A program made the position numbers and the translations under genes. From Eledone cirrhosa (taxonomy: Eukaryota), in the NCBI GenBank assembly GCA_964016885.1, contig OZ024743.1, forward strand, positions 129,642,001-129,706,000: a stretch of DNA of 64,000 nucleotides. Direction: 5' to 3'. Positions 15,001 through 30,900 of this stretch are shown here, one piece after another. Under the pieces are notes generated by a model that saw only the letters and a program-made list of their open reading frames with translations, was not told where the DNA came from and did not search any database. How positions within the stretch are numbered: the first letter of the stretch is position 1; every line of letters begins with the position of its first letter.

Positions 15001-15240
15001 ACCAAACACCAAACACCAAGCACCAAGCACCAAACACCAAACACCAAGCACGCAGCATCAAACACCAAAAACCAAGCACCAAGCAGCAAACACCAAGCAC
15101 CAAGCACCAAACACAAAGCACCAAGCACCAAACACCAAGCACCAAACACCAAGCACCAACCACCAAACCCCAAACCCCAAGCACCAAGCACCAAACACTA
15201 ATCACCGAGCACCAAGCACCAAACAACAAGCACCAAGCAC
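12070..15240 (+). repeat. ~3.1-kb block with dispersed copies at ~32520-35640 and ~41110-44190, and an internally deleted copy at ~21065-23210
   Basis: Matching ORFs: 12328/21197/32776/41311 (MLQAPSPKHL), 13566/33930/42479 (MPNTKQQVP) and 14367/22306/34730/43280. Shared 4-bp unit CAAG at 12989, 21851, 33430 and 41965. Confidence 0.8.
13490..13610 (+). repeat. Divergent CAGCAAA-rich patch (landmark sub-repeat)
   Basis: About 11 consecutive A-ending units rich in CAGCAAA/CATCAAA/TGCCAAA. Related patches near 33854, 37293, 39000, 42403, 45850, 47270, 49900, 52420, 55465, 57900 and 60940. Confidence 0.85.
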
Positions 15241-15444
15241 CCAGCACCAAACACCAAGCCACAAGCACCAAACACCAAACCTGAAGCACCAAGCACCAAA
15301 CACTAATCACCGAGCACCAAGCACCAAGCCCCTAGCACCAAACACCAAACACCAAGCACCAATCACCAAGCACCAAACACCAAGCAGCAAGCAGCAAGCA
15401 CCAAACACCAAAACCAAGCACCAAGCACCAAACACCAAGCACCA

Positions 15445-18400
15445 AACATCAAACACCAAGCACCAAGCACCAAACACCTAACACCAAGCACCAAGCACCA
15501 AGCACCAAGCACCAAACAATAAGCACCAAACACCAAGCACCAAGCAGCAAACACCAAGCACCAGGCACCAAGCACCAAACACCAAGCACCAAGCACCAAA
15601 CACCAAGCACCAAGCACCAAACACCAAACTCCAAGCACGAAACACCAAACCGCAAGCACCAAGCACCAAACACTAATCACCAAGCACCAAGCACCAAACA
15701 ACAAGCACCAAGCACCAAGCACCAGGCACCAAGCACCCAGCACCAAACACAAAACACCAAGCACCAAGCACCAAGCAGCAAACACCAAGCATCAAACACC
15801 AAACACCAAACACCAAGCACCAAACACCAAGCACCAAGCACCAAACACCAAACACCAAGCACCAAGCACCAAGCACCAAACTCCAAACACCAAGCACCAA
15901 ACACCAGATACCAAGCACAAAGCACCAAACACGAAACACCAAGCACCAAGCAGCAAACACCAAACAACAAGCACCAGGCACCAAGCACGAAACACCAAAC
16001 ACCAAGCACCAAGCACCAAACACCAAACACCAAGCACGCAGCATCAAACACAAAGCACCAAGCACCAAGCACCAAACACCAAGCACCAAGTACCAAACAC
16101 CAACCACCAAGCACCAAACACCAAACACCAAGCACCAAGCACCAAGCACGAAACACCAGGCACCAAGCACCAAGCACCAAACACCAAACACCAAGCACCA
16201 AACACCAGCCACCAAGCACCAAGCACCAAACACCAAACACCAAGCACTTAGCACCAAACACCAAACAACAAGCAGCAGGCACCAAGCACCAAACACCAAA
16301 CACCAAGCACGCAGCACCAAACACCAAGCACCAAGCACCAAGCACCAAACACCAAGCACCAAGCACCAAGCACCAAACACCAAACACCAAACACCAAGCA
16401 CCAAGAACCAAACACCAAACACCAAACAGCAAGCACCAAGCACCAAACACCAAGTACCAAACACCAAACCCCAAGCACCAATCACCAAACGCTAATCACC
16501 AAGCACCAAGCACCAAACACCAAGCACCAAGCACCAAGCACCAAGCACCAAGCACCAAACACCAAGCACCAAGCACCAAACACCAAACACCAAACACCAA
16601 GCACCAAGCACCAAACAGCAAGCACCAAACACCAAGCACCAAACACCAAGCACCAAGCACCAAGCCCCACACACCAAGCACCAAACACCAAACACCAAGC
16701 ACCAAGCACCAAACACCAAGCACCAAGCACCAAGACCCTAGCACCAAACACCAAACACCAAGCAAAAAGCACAAAACACCAAGCACCAAGCACCAAACAC
16801 CAAACACCAAGCACCAAGCACCAAATACCAAACACCAAGCACCAAGGACCAAACATCAAACACCAAGCACCAAGCACCAAACGCCTAACACCAAGCACCA
16901 AGCACCAAGCACCAAGCACCAATCACCTAACACCAAGCACCAAGCACCAAACACCAAGCACCAGGCACCAAGCACCGAACACCAAGCACCAAGCACCAAA
17001 TACCAAGCACCAAACACAAAGCACCCAGCACCAAACACCAAACCCCAAGCACCAAACACCAAACCTCAAGCACCAAGCACCAAACACTAATCACCAAGCA
17101 CCAAGCACCAAACAACAAGCACCAAGCACCAAGCACCAGGCACCAAGCACCAGGCACCAAACACTAATCACCAAGCACCAAGCACCAAGCACCAAACACC
17201 AAGCACCAAGCACCAAGCACCAAACACCAAGCACCAAGCACCAAACACCAAACACCAAGCACCAAAGACCAAGCACCAAGCACCAAGTACCAAGCACCAA
17301 ACAATAAGCACCAAGCACCAAGCACCAAGCACCAAACACCAAGCACCAAACACCAAACACCAAGCACCAAGCACCTAGCACCAAACACCAAACACCAAGC
17401 ACCAAGCACCAAACACCAAGCACCAAGCACTAAGCACCAAACACCAAGCCCCAAGCACCAAGCACCAAACACCAAACACCAAGCACCAAGCACCAAACAC
17501 CAAGCACCAAGCACCAAGGACCGAGCACCAAACACCAAACACCAAGCACCAAGCACCAAACACCAAGTACCAATCACCAAGCACCAAACACCAAGCAGCA
17601 AGCAGCAAGCACCAAACACCAAACACCAAGCACCAAGCACCAAACACCAAGCACCAAGGACCAAACATCAAACACCAAGCACCAAGCACCAAACACCTAA
17701 CACCAAGCACCAAGCACCAAGCACCAAGCACCAAACAATAAGCACCAAACACCAAGCACCAAGCAGCAAACACCAAGCACCAGGCACCAAGCACCAAACA
17801 CCAAGCACCAAGCACCAAACACCAAGCACCAAGCACCAAACACCAAACTCCAAGCACGAAACACCAAACCGCAAGCACCAAGCACCAAACACTAATCACC
17901 AAGCACCAAGCACCAAACAACAAGCACCAAGCACCAAGCACCAGGCACCAAGCACCCAGCACCAAACACAAAACACCAAGCACCAAGCACCAAGCAGCAA
18001 ACACCAAGCATCAAACACCAAACACCAAACACCAAGCACCAAACACCAAGCACCAAGCACCAAACACCAAACACCAAGCACCAAGCACCAAGCACCAAAC
18101 TCCAAACACCAAGCACCAAACACCAGATACCAAGCACCAAGCACCAAACACGAAACACCAAGCACCAAGCAGCAAACACCAAACAACAAGCACCAGGCAC
18201 CAAGCACGAAACACCAAACACCAAGCACCAAGCACCAAACACCAAACACCAAGCACGCAGCATCAAACACAAAGCACCAAGCACCAAGCACCAAACACCA
18301 AGCACCAAGTACCAAACACCAACCACCAAGCACCAAACACCAAACACCAAGCACCAAGCACCAAGCACGAAACACCAGGCACCAAGCACCAAGCACCAAA

Positions 18401-19830
18401 CACCAAACACCAAGCACCAAACACCAGCCACCAAGCACCAAGCACCAAACACCAAACACCAAGCACTTAGCACCAAACACCAAACAACAAGCAGCAGGCA
18501 CCAAGCACCAAACACCAAACACCAAGCACGCAGCACCAAACACCAAGCACCAAGCACCAAGCACCAAACACCAAGCACCAAGCACCAAGCACCAAACACC
18601 AAACACCAAACACCAAGCACCAAGAACCAAACACCAAACACCAAACAGCAAGCACCAAGAACCAAACACCAAGTACCAAACACCAAACCCCAAGCACCAA
18701 TCACCAAACGCTAATCACCAAGCACCAAGCACCAAACACCAAGCACCAAGCACCAAACACCAAGCACCAAGCACCAAACACCAAACACCAAACACCAAGC
18801 ACCAAGCACCAAACAGCAAGCACCAAGCACCAAACACCAAACACCAAGCACCAAGCACCAAACACCAAGCACCAAGCACCAAGACCCTAGCACCAAACAC
18901 CAAACACCAAGCAAAAAGCACAAAACACCAAGCACCAAGCACCAAACACCAAACACCAAGCACCAAGCACCAAATACCAAACACCAAGCACCAAGGACCA
19001 AACATCAAACACCAAGCACCAAGCACCAAACGCCTAACACCAAGCACCAAGCACCAAGCACCAAGCACCAATCACCTAACACCAAGCACCAAGCACCAAA
19101 CACCAAGCACCAGGCACCAAGCACCGAACACCAAGCACCAAGCACCAAATACCAAGCACCAAACACAAAGCACCCAGCACCAAACAGCAAACCCCAAGCA
19201 CCAAACACCAAACCTCAAGCACCAAGCACCAAACACTAATCACCAAGCACCAAGCACCAAACAACAAGCACCAAGCACCAAGCACCAGGCACCAAGCACC
19301 AGGCACCAAACACTAATCACCAAGCACCAAGCACCAAGCACCAAACACCAAGCACCAAGCACCAAGCACCAAACACCAAGCACCAAGCACCAAACACCAA
19401 ACACCAAGCACCAAAGACCAAGCACGAAGCACCAAGTACCAAGCACCAAACAATAAGCACCAAGCACCAAGCACCAAGCACCAAACACCAAGCACCAAAC
19501 ACCAAACACCAAGCACCAAGCACCTAGCACCAAACACCAAACACCAAGCACCAAGCACCAAACACCAAGCACCAAGCACTAAGCACCAAACACCAAGCCC
19601 CAAGCACCAAGCACCAAACACCAAACACCAAGCACCAAGCACCAAACACCAAGCACCAAGCACCAAGCACCTAGCACCAAACACCAAACACCAAGCACCA
19701 AGCACCAAACACCAAGTACCAATCACCAAGCACCAAACACCAAGCAGCAAGCAGCAAGCACCAAACACCAAACACCAAGCACCAAGCACCAAACACCAAG
19801 CACCAAGGACCAAACATCAAACACCAAGCA
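15445..19830 (+). repeat. Tandem duplication, 2219-bp period (317 units); second copy 70 bp shorter
   Basis: ORF offsets 15449->17668 and 15673->17892 are 2219; 16927->19076 and 17164->19313 are 2149. The variant CTCCAAA at 15881/18100 is shared by these two copies and absent from other copies of the module. Confidence 0.85.
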
Positions 19831-22800
19831 CCAAGCTCCAAACACCTAACACCAAGCACCAAGCACCAAGCACCAAACACCAAGCACATAACACCAAGCA
19901 CCAAACACCAAGCACCAAGCACCAAACACCAAGCACCAAGCACCAATCACCAAACACCAAGCACCAAGCACCAAGCACCAAACACCAAGCACCAAGCACC
20001 AGGCACCAAGCACCAAGCACCAAGCAACAACACCAAACACCAAGCACCAAGCACCAAACACCAAACAACAAGCACCAGGCACCAAGCACCAAACACCAAA
20101 CACCAAGCACCAAGCACCAAACACCAAACACCAAGCACGCAGCATCAAACACCAAAAACCAAGCACCAAGCAGCAAACACCAAGCACCCAGCACCAAACA
20201 CAAAACACCAAGCACCAAGCACCAAGCAGCAAACACCAAGCATCAAACACCAAACACCAAACACCAAGCACCAAACACCAAGCACCAAGCACCAAACACC
20301 AAACACCAAGGACCAAGCACCAAGCACCAAACACCAAACACCAAGCACCAAACACCAGATACCAAGCACCAAGCACCAAACACCAAACACCAAGAACCAA
20401 GCAGCAAACACCAAACAACAAGCACCAGGCACCAAGCACGAAACACCAAACACCAAGCACCAAGCACCAAACACCAAACACCAAGCACGCAGCATCAAAC
20501 ACAAAGCACCAAGCACCAAGCACCAAACACCAAGCACCAAGTACCAAACACCAAACACCAAGCACCAAGCACCAAGCACGAAACACCAGGCACCAAGCAC
20601 CAAGCACCAAACACCAAACACCAAGCACCAAACACCAGCCACCAAGCACCAAGCACCAAACACCAAACACCAAGCACTTAGCACCAAACACCAAACAACA
20701 AGCAGCAGGCACCAAGCACCAAACACCAAACACCAAGCACGCAGCACAAAACACCAAGCACCAAGCACCAAGCACCAAACACCAAGCACAAAGCACCAAG
20801 CACCAAACACCAAACACCAAACACCAAGCACCAAGAACCAAACACCAAACACCAAACAGCAAGCACCAAGCACCAAACACCAAGTACCAAACACCAAACC
20901 CCAAGCACCAATCACCAAACGCTAATCACCAAGCACCAAGCACCAAACACCAAGCACCAAGCACCAAGCACCAAGCACCAAGCACCAAACACCAAGCACC
21001 AAGCACCAAACACCAAACACCAATCACGCAGCATCAAACACCAAGCACCAAGCACCAAGCACCTAGCACCCAACACCAAGCACCAAACACCAAGCACCAA
21101 ACACCAAGCACCAAGCACCAAACACCAAACACCAAACACCAAGCACCAAGCACCAAACACCAAGCACCAGGCACCAAGCACCAAACACCAAGCACCATGC
21201 TCCAAGCACCAAGCCCCAAACACTTAACACCAAGCACCAAGCACCAAGCACCAGGCACCAAGCACCAAACACCAAGCACCATGCACCAAGCACCAAGCCC
21301 CAAACACTTAACACCAAGCACAAAGCACCAAACACCAAGCACCAAAAACCAAACACCAGGCACCAAGCACCAAGCACCAAACACAAAACACCAAGCACCA
21401 AGCACCAACCAGCAAACACCAAGCATCAAACACCAAACACCAAACACCAAGCACCAAACACCAAGCACCAAGCACCAAACACCAAACACCAAGTACCAAG
21501 CACCAAGCACCAAACACCAAACACCAAGCACCAAACACCAAACACCAAGCACTAAGCACCAAACACCAAACAACAAGCACCAGGCACCAAGCACCAAACA
21601 CCAAACACCAAGCACGCAGCATCAAACACCAAGCACCAAGCACCAAACACCAAGCACCAAGCACCAAGCACCAAGTACCAAAGACCAAACACCAAGCACC
21701 AAACACCAAACACCAAGCACCAAGCACCAAGCACGAAACACCATGCACGAAGCACCAAGCACCAAACACCAAACACCAAGCACCAAACACCAGCCACCAA
21801 GCACCAAGCACCAAACACCAAACACCAAGCACTAAGCACCAAAAACCAAACAAGCACCAGGCACCAAGCACCAAACACCAAACACCAAGCACGCAGCACC
21901 AAACACCAAGCACCAAGCACCAAGCACCAAACACCAAGCACCAAGTACCAAGCACCAAACACCATGCACCAAACACCAAGCACCAAGAACCAAACACCAA
22001 ACACCAAACAGCAAGCACCAAGCACCAAACCCGAAGCACCAAACACCAAAACCGAAGCACCAATCACCAAACACTAATCACCAAGCACCAAGCACCAAAC
22101 ACCAAGCACCAAGCAGCAAGCACCAAACACCAAGCACCAAGCACCAAGCACCAAGCACCAAACACCAAGCACCAAGCACCAAACACCAAACCCCAAGCAC
22201 CAAAGTCCAAGTAACAAGCACCAAGGACCAAACACCAAGCACCAAGCACCAAACACCAAGCACCAAGGACCAAACATCAAACACCAAGCACCAAGCTCCA
22301 AACACCTAACACCAAGCACCAAGCACGAAGCACCAAACACCAAGCACATAACACCAAGCACCAAACACCAAGCACCAAGCCCCAAACACCAAGCACCAAA
22401 TACCAAGCACCAAGCACCAAGCACCAAACACCAAGCACCAGGCACCAAGCACCAAACACCAAGCACCATGCACCAAGCACCAAGCCCCAAACACTTAACA
22501 CCAAGCACAAAGCACCAAGCACCAAACACCAATCACCAAAAACAAACACCAAGCACCAAGTACCAAACACCAAGCACCAAACACCAAGGACCAAGCACCA
22601 AACACCAAGCACCAAGCACCAATCACCAAACACCAAGCACCTAGCACCAAGCACCAAACACCAAGCACCAAGCACCAAGCACCAGGCACCAAGCACCAAG
22701 CACCAAACACAAAACACCAAGCACCAAGCACCAAGCAGCAAACACCAAGCATCAAACACCAAGCACCAAACACCAAGCACCAAACACCAAGCACCAAGCA

Positions 22801-24995
22801 CCAAACACCAAACACCAAGCACCAAGCACCAAGCACCAAACACCAAACACCAAGCACCAAACACAAGATACCAAGCACCAAGCAACAAACACCAAACACC
22901 AAGCACCAAGCACCAAACACCAAACAACAAGCACCAGGCACCAAGCACCAAACACCAAACACCAAGCACCAAGCACCAAACACCAAACACCAAGCACGCA
23001 GCATCAAACACCAAAAACCAAGCACCAAGCAGCAAACACCAAGCACCAAGCACCAAACACAAAGCACCAAGCACCAAACACCAAGCACCAAACACCAAGC
23101 ACCAAGCACCAAACACCAAACCACAAGCACCAAACACCAAACCCCAAGCACCAAGCACCAAACACTAATCACCGAGCACCAAGCACCAAACAACAAGCAC
23201 CAAGCACCCAGCACCAAACACCAAGCCACAAGCACCAAACACCAAACCTGAAGCACCAAGCACCAAACACTAATCACCGAGCACCAAGCACCAAGCCCCT
23301 AGCACCAAACACCAAACACCAAGCACCAAGCACAAAACACCAAGCACCAATCACCAAGCACCAAACACCAAGCAGCAAGCAGCAAGCACCAAACACCAAA
23401 ACCAAGCACCAAGCACCAAACACCAAGCACCAAACATCAAACACCAAGCACCAAGCACCAAACACCTAACACCAAGCACCAAGCACCAAGCACCAAGCAC
23501 CAAACAATAAGCACCAAACACCAAGCACCAAGCAGCAAACACCAAGCACCAGGCACCAAGCACCAAACACCAAGCACCAAGCACCAAACACCAAGCACCA
23601 AGCACCAAACACCAAACTCCAAGCACGAAACACCAAACCGCAAGCACCAAGCACCAAACACTAATCACCAAGCACCAAGCACCAAACAACAAGCACCAAG
23701 CACCAAGCACCAGGCACCAAGCACCCAGCACCAAACACAAAACACCAAGCACCAAGCACCAAGCAGCAAACACCAAGCATCAAACACCAAACACCAAACA
23801 CCAAGCACCAAACACCAAGCACCAAGCACCAAACACCAAACACCAAGCACCAAGCACCAAGCACCAAACACCAAACACCAAGCACCAAACACCAGATACC
23901 AAGCACCAAGCACCAAACACCAAACACCAAGCACCAAGCAGCAAACACCAAACAACAAGCACCAGGCACCAAGCACGAAACACCAAACACCAAGCACCAA
24001 GCACCAAACACCAAACACCAAGCACGCAGCATCAAACACAAAGCACCAAGCACCAAGCACCAAACACCAAGCACCAAGTACCAAACACCAACCACCAAGC
24101 ACCAAACACCAAACACCAAGCACCAAGCACCAAGCACGAAACACCAGGCACCAAGCACCAAGCACCAAACACCAAACACCAAGCACCAAACACCAGCCAC
24201 CAAGCACCAAGCACCAAACACCAAACACCAAGCACTTAGCACCAAACACCAAACAACAAGCAGCAGGCACCAAGCACCAAACACCAAACACCAAGCACGC
24301 AGCACCAAACACCAAGCACCAAGCACCAAGCACCAAACACCAAGCACCAAGCACCAAGCACCAAACACCAAACACCAAACACCAAGCACCAAGAACCAAA
24401 CACCAAACACCAAACAGCAAGCACCAAGCACCAAACACCAAGTACCAAACACCAAACCCCAAGCACCAATCACCAAACGCTAATCACCAAGCACCAAGCA
24501 CCAAACACCAAGCACCAAGCACCAAGCACCAAGCACCAAGCACCAAACACCAAGCACCAAGCACCAAACACCAAACACCAAACACCAAGCACCAAGAACC
24601 AAACAGCAAGCACCAAACACCAAGCACCAAACACCAAGCACCAAACACCAAGCCCCACGCACCAAGCACCAAACACCAAACACCAAGCACCAAGCACCAA
24701 ACACCAAGCACCAAGCACCAAGACCCTAGCACCAAACACCAAACACCAAGCAAAAAGCACAAAACACCAAGCACCAATCACCAAGCACCAAACACCAAGC
24801 AGCAAGCAGCAAGCACCAAACACCAAACACCAAGCACCAAGCACCAAATACCAAACACCAAGCACCAAGGACCAAACATCAAACACCAAGCACCAAGCAC
24901 CAAACGCCTAACACCAAGCACCAAGCACCAAGCACCAAGCACCAATCACCTAACACCAAGCACCAAGCACCAAACACCAAGCACCAGGCACCAAG

Positions 24996-27900
24996 CACCG
25001 AACACCAAGCACCAAGCACCAAATACCAAGCACCAAACACAAAGCACCCAGCACCAAACACCAAACCTCAAGCACCAAGCACCAAACACTAATCACCAAG
25101 CACCAAGCACCAAACAACAAGCACCAAGCACCAAGCACCAGGCACCAAGCACCAGGCACCAAACACTAATCACCAAGCACCAAGCACCAAGCACCAAACA
25201 CCAAGCACCAAGCACCAAGCACGAAACACCAAGCACCAAGCACCAAACACCAAACACCTAGCACCAAAGACCAAGCACCAAGCACCAGGTACCAAGCACC
25301 AAACAATAAGCACCAAGCACCAAGCAACAAGCACCAAACACCAAGCACCAAACACCAAACACCAAGCACCAAGCACCTAGCACCAAACACCAAACACCAA
25401 GCACCAAGCACCAAACACCAAGCACCAAGCACTAAGCACCAAACACCAAGCCCCAAGCACCAAGCACCAAACACCAAACACCAAGCACCAAGCACCAAAC
25501 ACCAAGCACCAAGCACCAAGCACCTAGCACCAAACACCAAACACCAAGCACCAAGCACCAAACACCAAGTACCAATCACCAAGCACCAAACACCAAGCAG
25601 CAAGCAGCAAGCAGCAAGCACCAAACACCAAGCACCAAGCACCAAACACCAAGCACCAAGGACCAAACATCAAACACCAAGCACCAAGCTCCAAACACCT
25701 AACACCAAGCACCAAGCACCAAGCACCAAACACCAAGCACATAACACCAAGCACCAAACACCAAGCACCAAGCACCAAACACCAAGCACCAAGCACCAAT
25801 CACCAAACACCAAGCACCAAGCACCAAGCACCAAACACCAAGCACCAAGCACCAGGCACCAAGCACCAAGCACCAAGCAACAACACCAAACACCAAGCAC
25901 CAAGCACCAAACACCAAACAACAAGCACCAGGCACCAAGCACCAAACACCAAACACCAAGCACCAAGCACCAAACACCAAACACCAAGCACGCAGCATCA
26001 AACACCAAAAACCAAGCACCAAGCAGCAAACACCAAGCACCAAGCACCAAACACAAAGCACCAAGCACCAAACACCAAGCACCAAACACCAAGCACCAAG
26101 CACCAAACACCAAACCACAAGCACCAAACACCAAACCCCAAGCACCAAGCACCAAACACTAATCACCGAGCACCAAGCACCAAACAACAAGCACCAAGCA
26201 CCCAGCACCAAACACCAAACACCAAGCACCAAACACCAAACACCAACACCAAGCACCAAGGACCAAGCACCAAACAATAATCACCAAGCACCAAGCACCA
26301 AGCACCAAACACCAAGCACCAAGCACCAAACACCAAACACCAAGCACCAAACACCAACCACCCAGCACCAAGCACCAAGCACCAAACACCAAGCACCAAA
26401 CACCAAACACCAACACCAAGCACCAAGGACCAAGCACCAAACACCAAGCACCAAGCACTAAGCACCAAACACCAAGCTCCAAGCACCAAGCACCAAACAC
26501 CAAACACCAAGCACCAAGCACCAAACACCAAGCACCAAGCACCAAGCACCAAGCACCTAGCACCAAACCCCAAACACCAAGCACCAAGCACCAAACACCA
26601 AGGACCAATCACCAAGCACCAAACACCAAGCAGCAAGCAGCAAGCACCAAACACCAAACACCAAGCACCAAGCACCAAACACCAAGCACCAAGGACCAAA
26701 CATCAAACACCAAGCACCAAGCACCAAACACCTAACACCAAGCACCAAGCACCAAGCACCAAGCACCCAACACCAAGCACCAAACACCAAGCACCAAGCA
26801 CCAAACACCAAACACCAAACACCAAGCACCAAGCACCAAACACCAAGCACCAGGCACCAAGCACCAAACACCAAGCACCATGCACCAAGCACCAAGCCCC
26901 AAACACTTAACACCAAGCACCAAGCATCAAACACCAAGCACCAAGCACCAAACACCAAACCACAAGCACCAAACACCAAACCCCAAGCACCAGGCACCAA
27001 ACACTAATCACCGAGCACCAAGCACCAAACAACAAGCACCAAGCACCAAGCACCAGGCACCAAGAACCAAGCACCAAACAATAATCACCAAGCACCAAGC
27101 ACCAAGCACCAAACACCAAGCACCAAGCACCAAACACCAAACACCAAGCACCAAACACCAACCACCCAGCACCAAGCACCAAGCACCAAACACCAAGCAC
27201 CAAACACCAAACACCGAACACTAAGCACCAAGCACCAAGCACCAAACACCAAGCACCAAGCACCAAGCACTAAGCACCAAACACCAAGCTCCAAGCACCA
27301 AGCACCAAACACCAAACACCAAGCACCAAGCACCAAACACCAAGCACCAAAAACCAAACACCAGGCACCAAGCACCAAGCTCCAAACACAAAACACCAAG
27401 CACCAAGCACCAAGCAGCAAACACCAAGCATCAAACACCAAACACCAAACACCAAGCACCAAGCACCAAGCACCAAGCACCAAACACCAAACACCAAGTA
27501 CCAAGCACCAAGCACCAAACACCAAACACCAAGCACCAAACACCAAACACCAAGCACCAAGCACCAAACACCAAACAACAAGCACCAGGCACCAAGCACC
27601 AAGGACCAAACATCAAACACCAAGCACCAAGCACCAAACACCTAACACCAAACACCAAACACCAAGCACCAAGCACCAAACACCAAACACCAAGTACCAA
27701 GCACCAAGCACCAAACACCAAACACCAAGCACCAAACACCAAACACCAAGCACCAAGCACCAAACACCAAACAACAAGCACCAGGCACCAAGCACCAAAC
27801 ACCAAACACCAATCACGCAGCATCAAACACCAAGCACCAAGCACCAAGCACCTAGCACCAAACACCAAACACCAAGCACCAAACACCAAGGACCAATCAC

Positions 27901-30900
27901 CAAGCACCAAACACCAAGCACCAAGGACCAAACATCAAACACCAAGCACCAAGCACCAAACACCTAACACCAAGCACCAAGCACCAAGTACCAAGCACCC
28001 AACACCAAGCACCAAACACCAAGCACCAAGCACCAAACACCAAACACCAAACACCAAGCACCAAGCACCAAACACCAAGCACCAGGCACCAAGCACCAAA
28101 CACCAAGCACCATGCACCAAGCACCAAGCCCCAAACACTTAACACCAAGCACCAAGCACCAAACACCAAGCACCAAGCACCAAACACCAAACCACAAGCA
28201 CCAAACACCAAACCCCAAGCACCAAGCACCAAACACTAATCACCGAGCACCAAGCACCAAACAACAAGCACCAAGCACCAAGCACCAGGCACCAAGAACC
28301 AAGCACCAAACAATAATCACCAAGCACCAAGCACCAAGCACCAAACACCAAGCACCAAGCACCAAACACCAAACACCAAGCACCAAACACCAACCACCCA
28401 GCACCAAGCACCAAGCACCAAACACGAAGCACCAAACACCAAACACCAACACCAAGCACCAAGCACCAAGCACCAAACACCAAACACCAAGCACCAAGCA
28501 CTAAGCACCAAACACCAAGCTCCAAGCGCCAAGCACCAAACACCAAACACCAACAACCAAGCACCAAACACCAAGCACCAAGCACCAAGCACCAAGCACC
28601 TAGCACCAAACACCAAACACCAAGCACCAAGCACCAAACACCAAGGAACAATCACCAAGCACCAAACACCAAGCAGCAAGCAGCAAGCACCAAACACCAA
28701 ACACCAAGCACCAAGCACCAAACACCAAGCACCAAGGACCAAACATCAAACACCAAGCACCAAGCACCAAGCACCAAGCACCCAACACCAAGCACCAAAC
28801 ACCAAGCACCAAACACCAAGCACCAAGCACCAAACACCAAACACCGAACACCAAGCACCAAGCACCAAATACCAAGCACCAAACACAAAGCACCCAGCAC
28901 CAAACACCAAACCCCAAGCACCAAACACCAAACCTCAAGCACCAAGCACCAAACACTAATCACCAAGCACCAAGCACCAAACAACAAGCACCAAGCACCA
29001 AGCACCAGGCACCAAGCACCAGGCACCAAACACTAATCACCAAGCACCAAGCACCAAGCACCAAACACCAAGCACCAAGCACCAAGCACGAAACACCAAG
29101 CACCAAGCACCAAACACCAAACACCAAGCACCAAAGACCAAGCACCAAGCACCAGGTACCAAGCACCAAACAATAAGCACCAAGCACCAAGCAACAAGCA
29201 CCAAACACCAAGCACCAAACACCAAACACCAAGCACCAAGCACCTAGCACCAAACACCAAACACCAAGCACCAAGCACCAAACACCAAGCACCAAGCACT
29301 AAGCACCAAACACCAAGCCCCAAGCACCAAGCACCAAACACCAAACACCAAGCACCAAGCACCAAACACCAAGCACCAAGCACCAAGCACCTAGCACCAA
29401 ACACCAAACACCAAGCACCAAGCACCAAACACCAAGTACCAATCACCAAGCACCAAACACCAAGCAGCAAGCAGCAAGCAGCAAGCACCAAACACCAAGC
29501 ACCAAGCACCAAACACCAAGCACCAAGGACCAAACATCAAACACCAAGCACCAAGCTCCAAACACCTAACACCAAGCACCAAGCACCAAGCACCAAACAC
29601 CAAGCACATAACACCAAGCACCAAACACCAAGCACCAAGCACCAAACACCAAGCACCAAGCACCAATCACCAAACACCAAGCACCAAGCACCAAGCACCA
29701 AACACCAAGCACCAAGCACCAGGCACCAAGCACCAAGCACCAAGCAACAACACCAAACACCAAGCACCAAGCACCAAACACCAAACAACAAGCACCAGGC
29801 ACCAAGCACCAAACACCAAACACCAAGCACCAAGCACCAAACACCAAACACCAAGCACGCAGCATCAAACACCAAAAACCAAGCACCAAGCAGCAAACAC
29901 CAAGCACCAAGCACCAAACACAAAGCACCAAGCACCAAACACCAAGCACCAAACACCAAGCACCAAGCACCAAACACCAAACCACAAGCACCAAACACCA
30001 AACCCCAAGCACCAAGCACCAAACACTAATCACCGAGCACCAAGCACCAAACAACAAGCACCAAGCACCCAGCACCAAACACCAAACACCAAGCACCAAA
30101 CACCAAACACCAACACCAAGCACCAAGGACCAAGCACCAAACAATAATCACCAAGCACCAAGCACCAAGCACCAAACACCAAGCACCAAGCACCAAACAC
30201 CAAACACCAAGCACCAAACACCAACCACCCAGCACCAAGCACCAAGCACCAAACACCAAGCACCAAACACCAAACACCAACACCAAGCACCAAGGACCAA
30301 GCACCAAACACCAAGCACCAAGCACTAAGCACCAAACACCAAGCTCCAAGCACCAAGCACCAAACACCAAACACCAAGCACCAAGCACCAAACACCAAGC
30401 ACCAAGCACCAAGCACCAAGCACCTAGCACCAAACCCCAAACACCAAGCACCAAGCACCAAACACCAAGGACCAATCACCAAGCACCAAACACCAAGCAG
30501 CAAGCAGCAAGCACCAAACACCAAACACCAAGCACCAAGCACCAAACACCAAGCACCAAGGACCAAACATCAAACACCAAGCACCAAGCACCAAACACCT
30601 AACACCAAGCACCAAGCACCAAGCACCAAGCACCCAACACCAAGCACCAAACACCAAGCACCAAGCACCAAACACCAAACACCAAACACCAAGCACCAAG
30701 CACCAAACACCAAGCACCAGGCACCAAGCACCAAACACCAAGCACCATGCACCAAGCACCAAGCCCCAAACACTTAACACCAAGCACCAAGCATCAAACA
30801 CCAAGCACCAAGCACCAAACACCAAACCACAAGCACCAAACACCAAACCCCAAGCACCAGGCACCAAACACTAATCACCGAGCACCAAGCACCAAACAAC

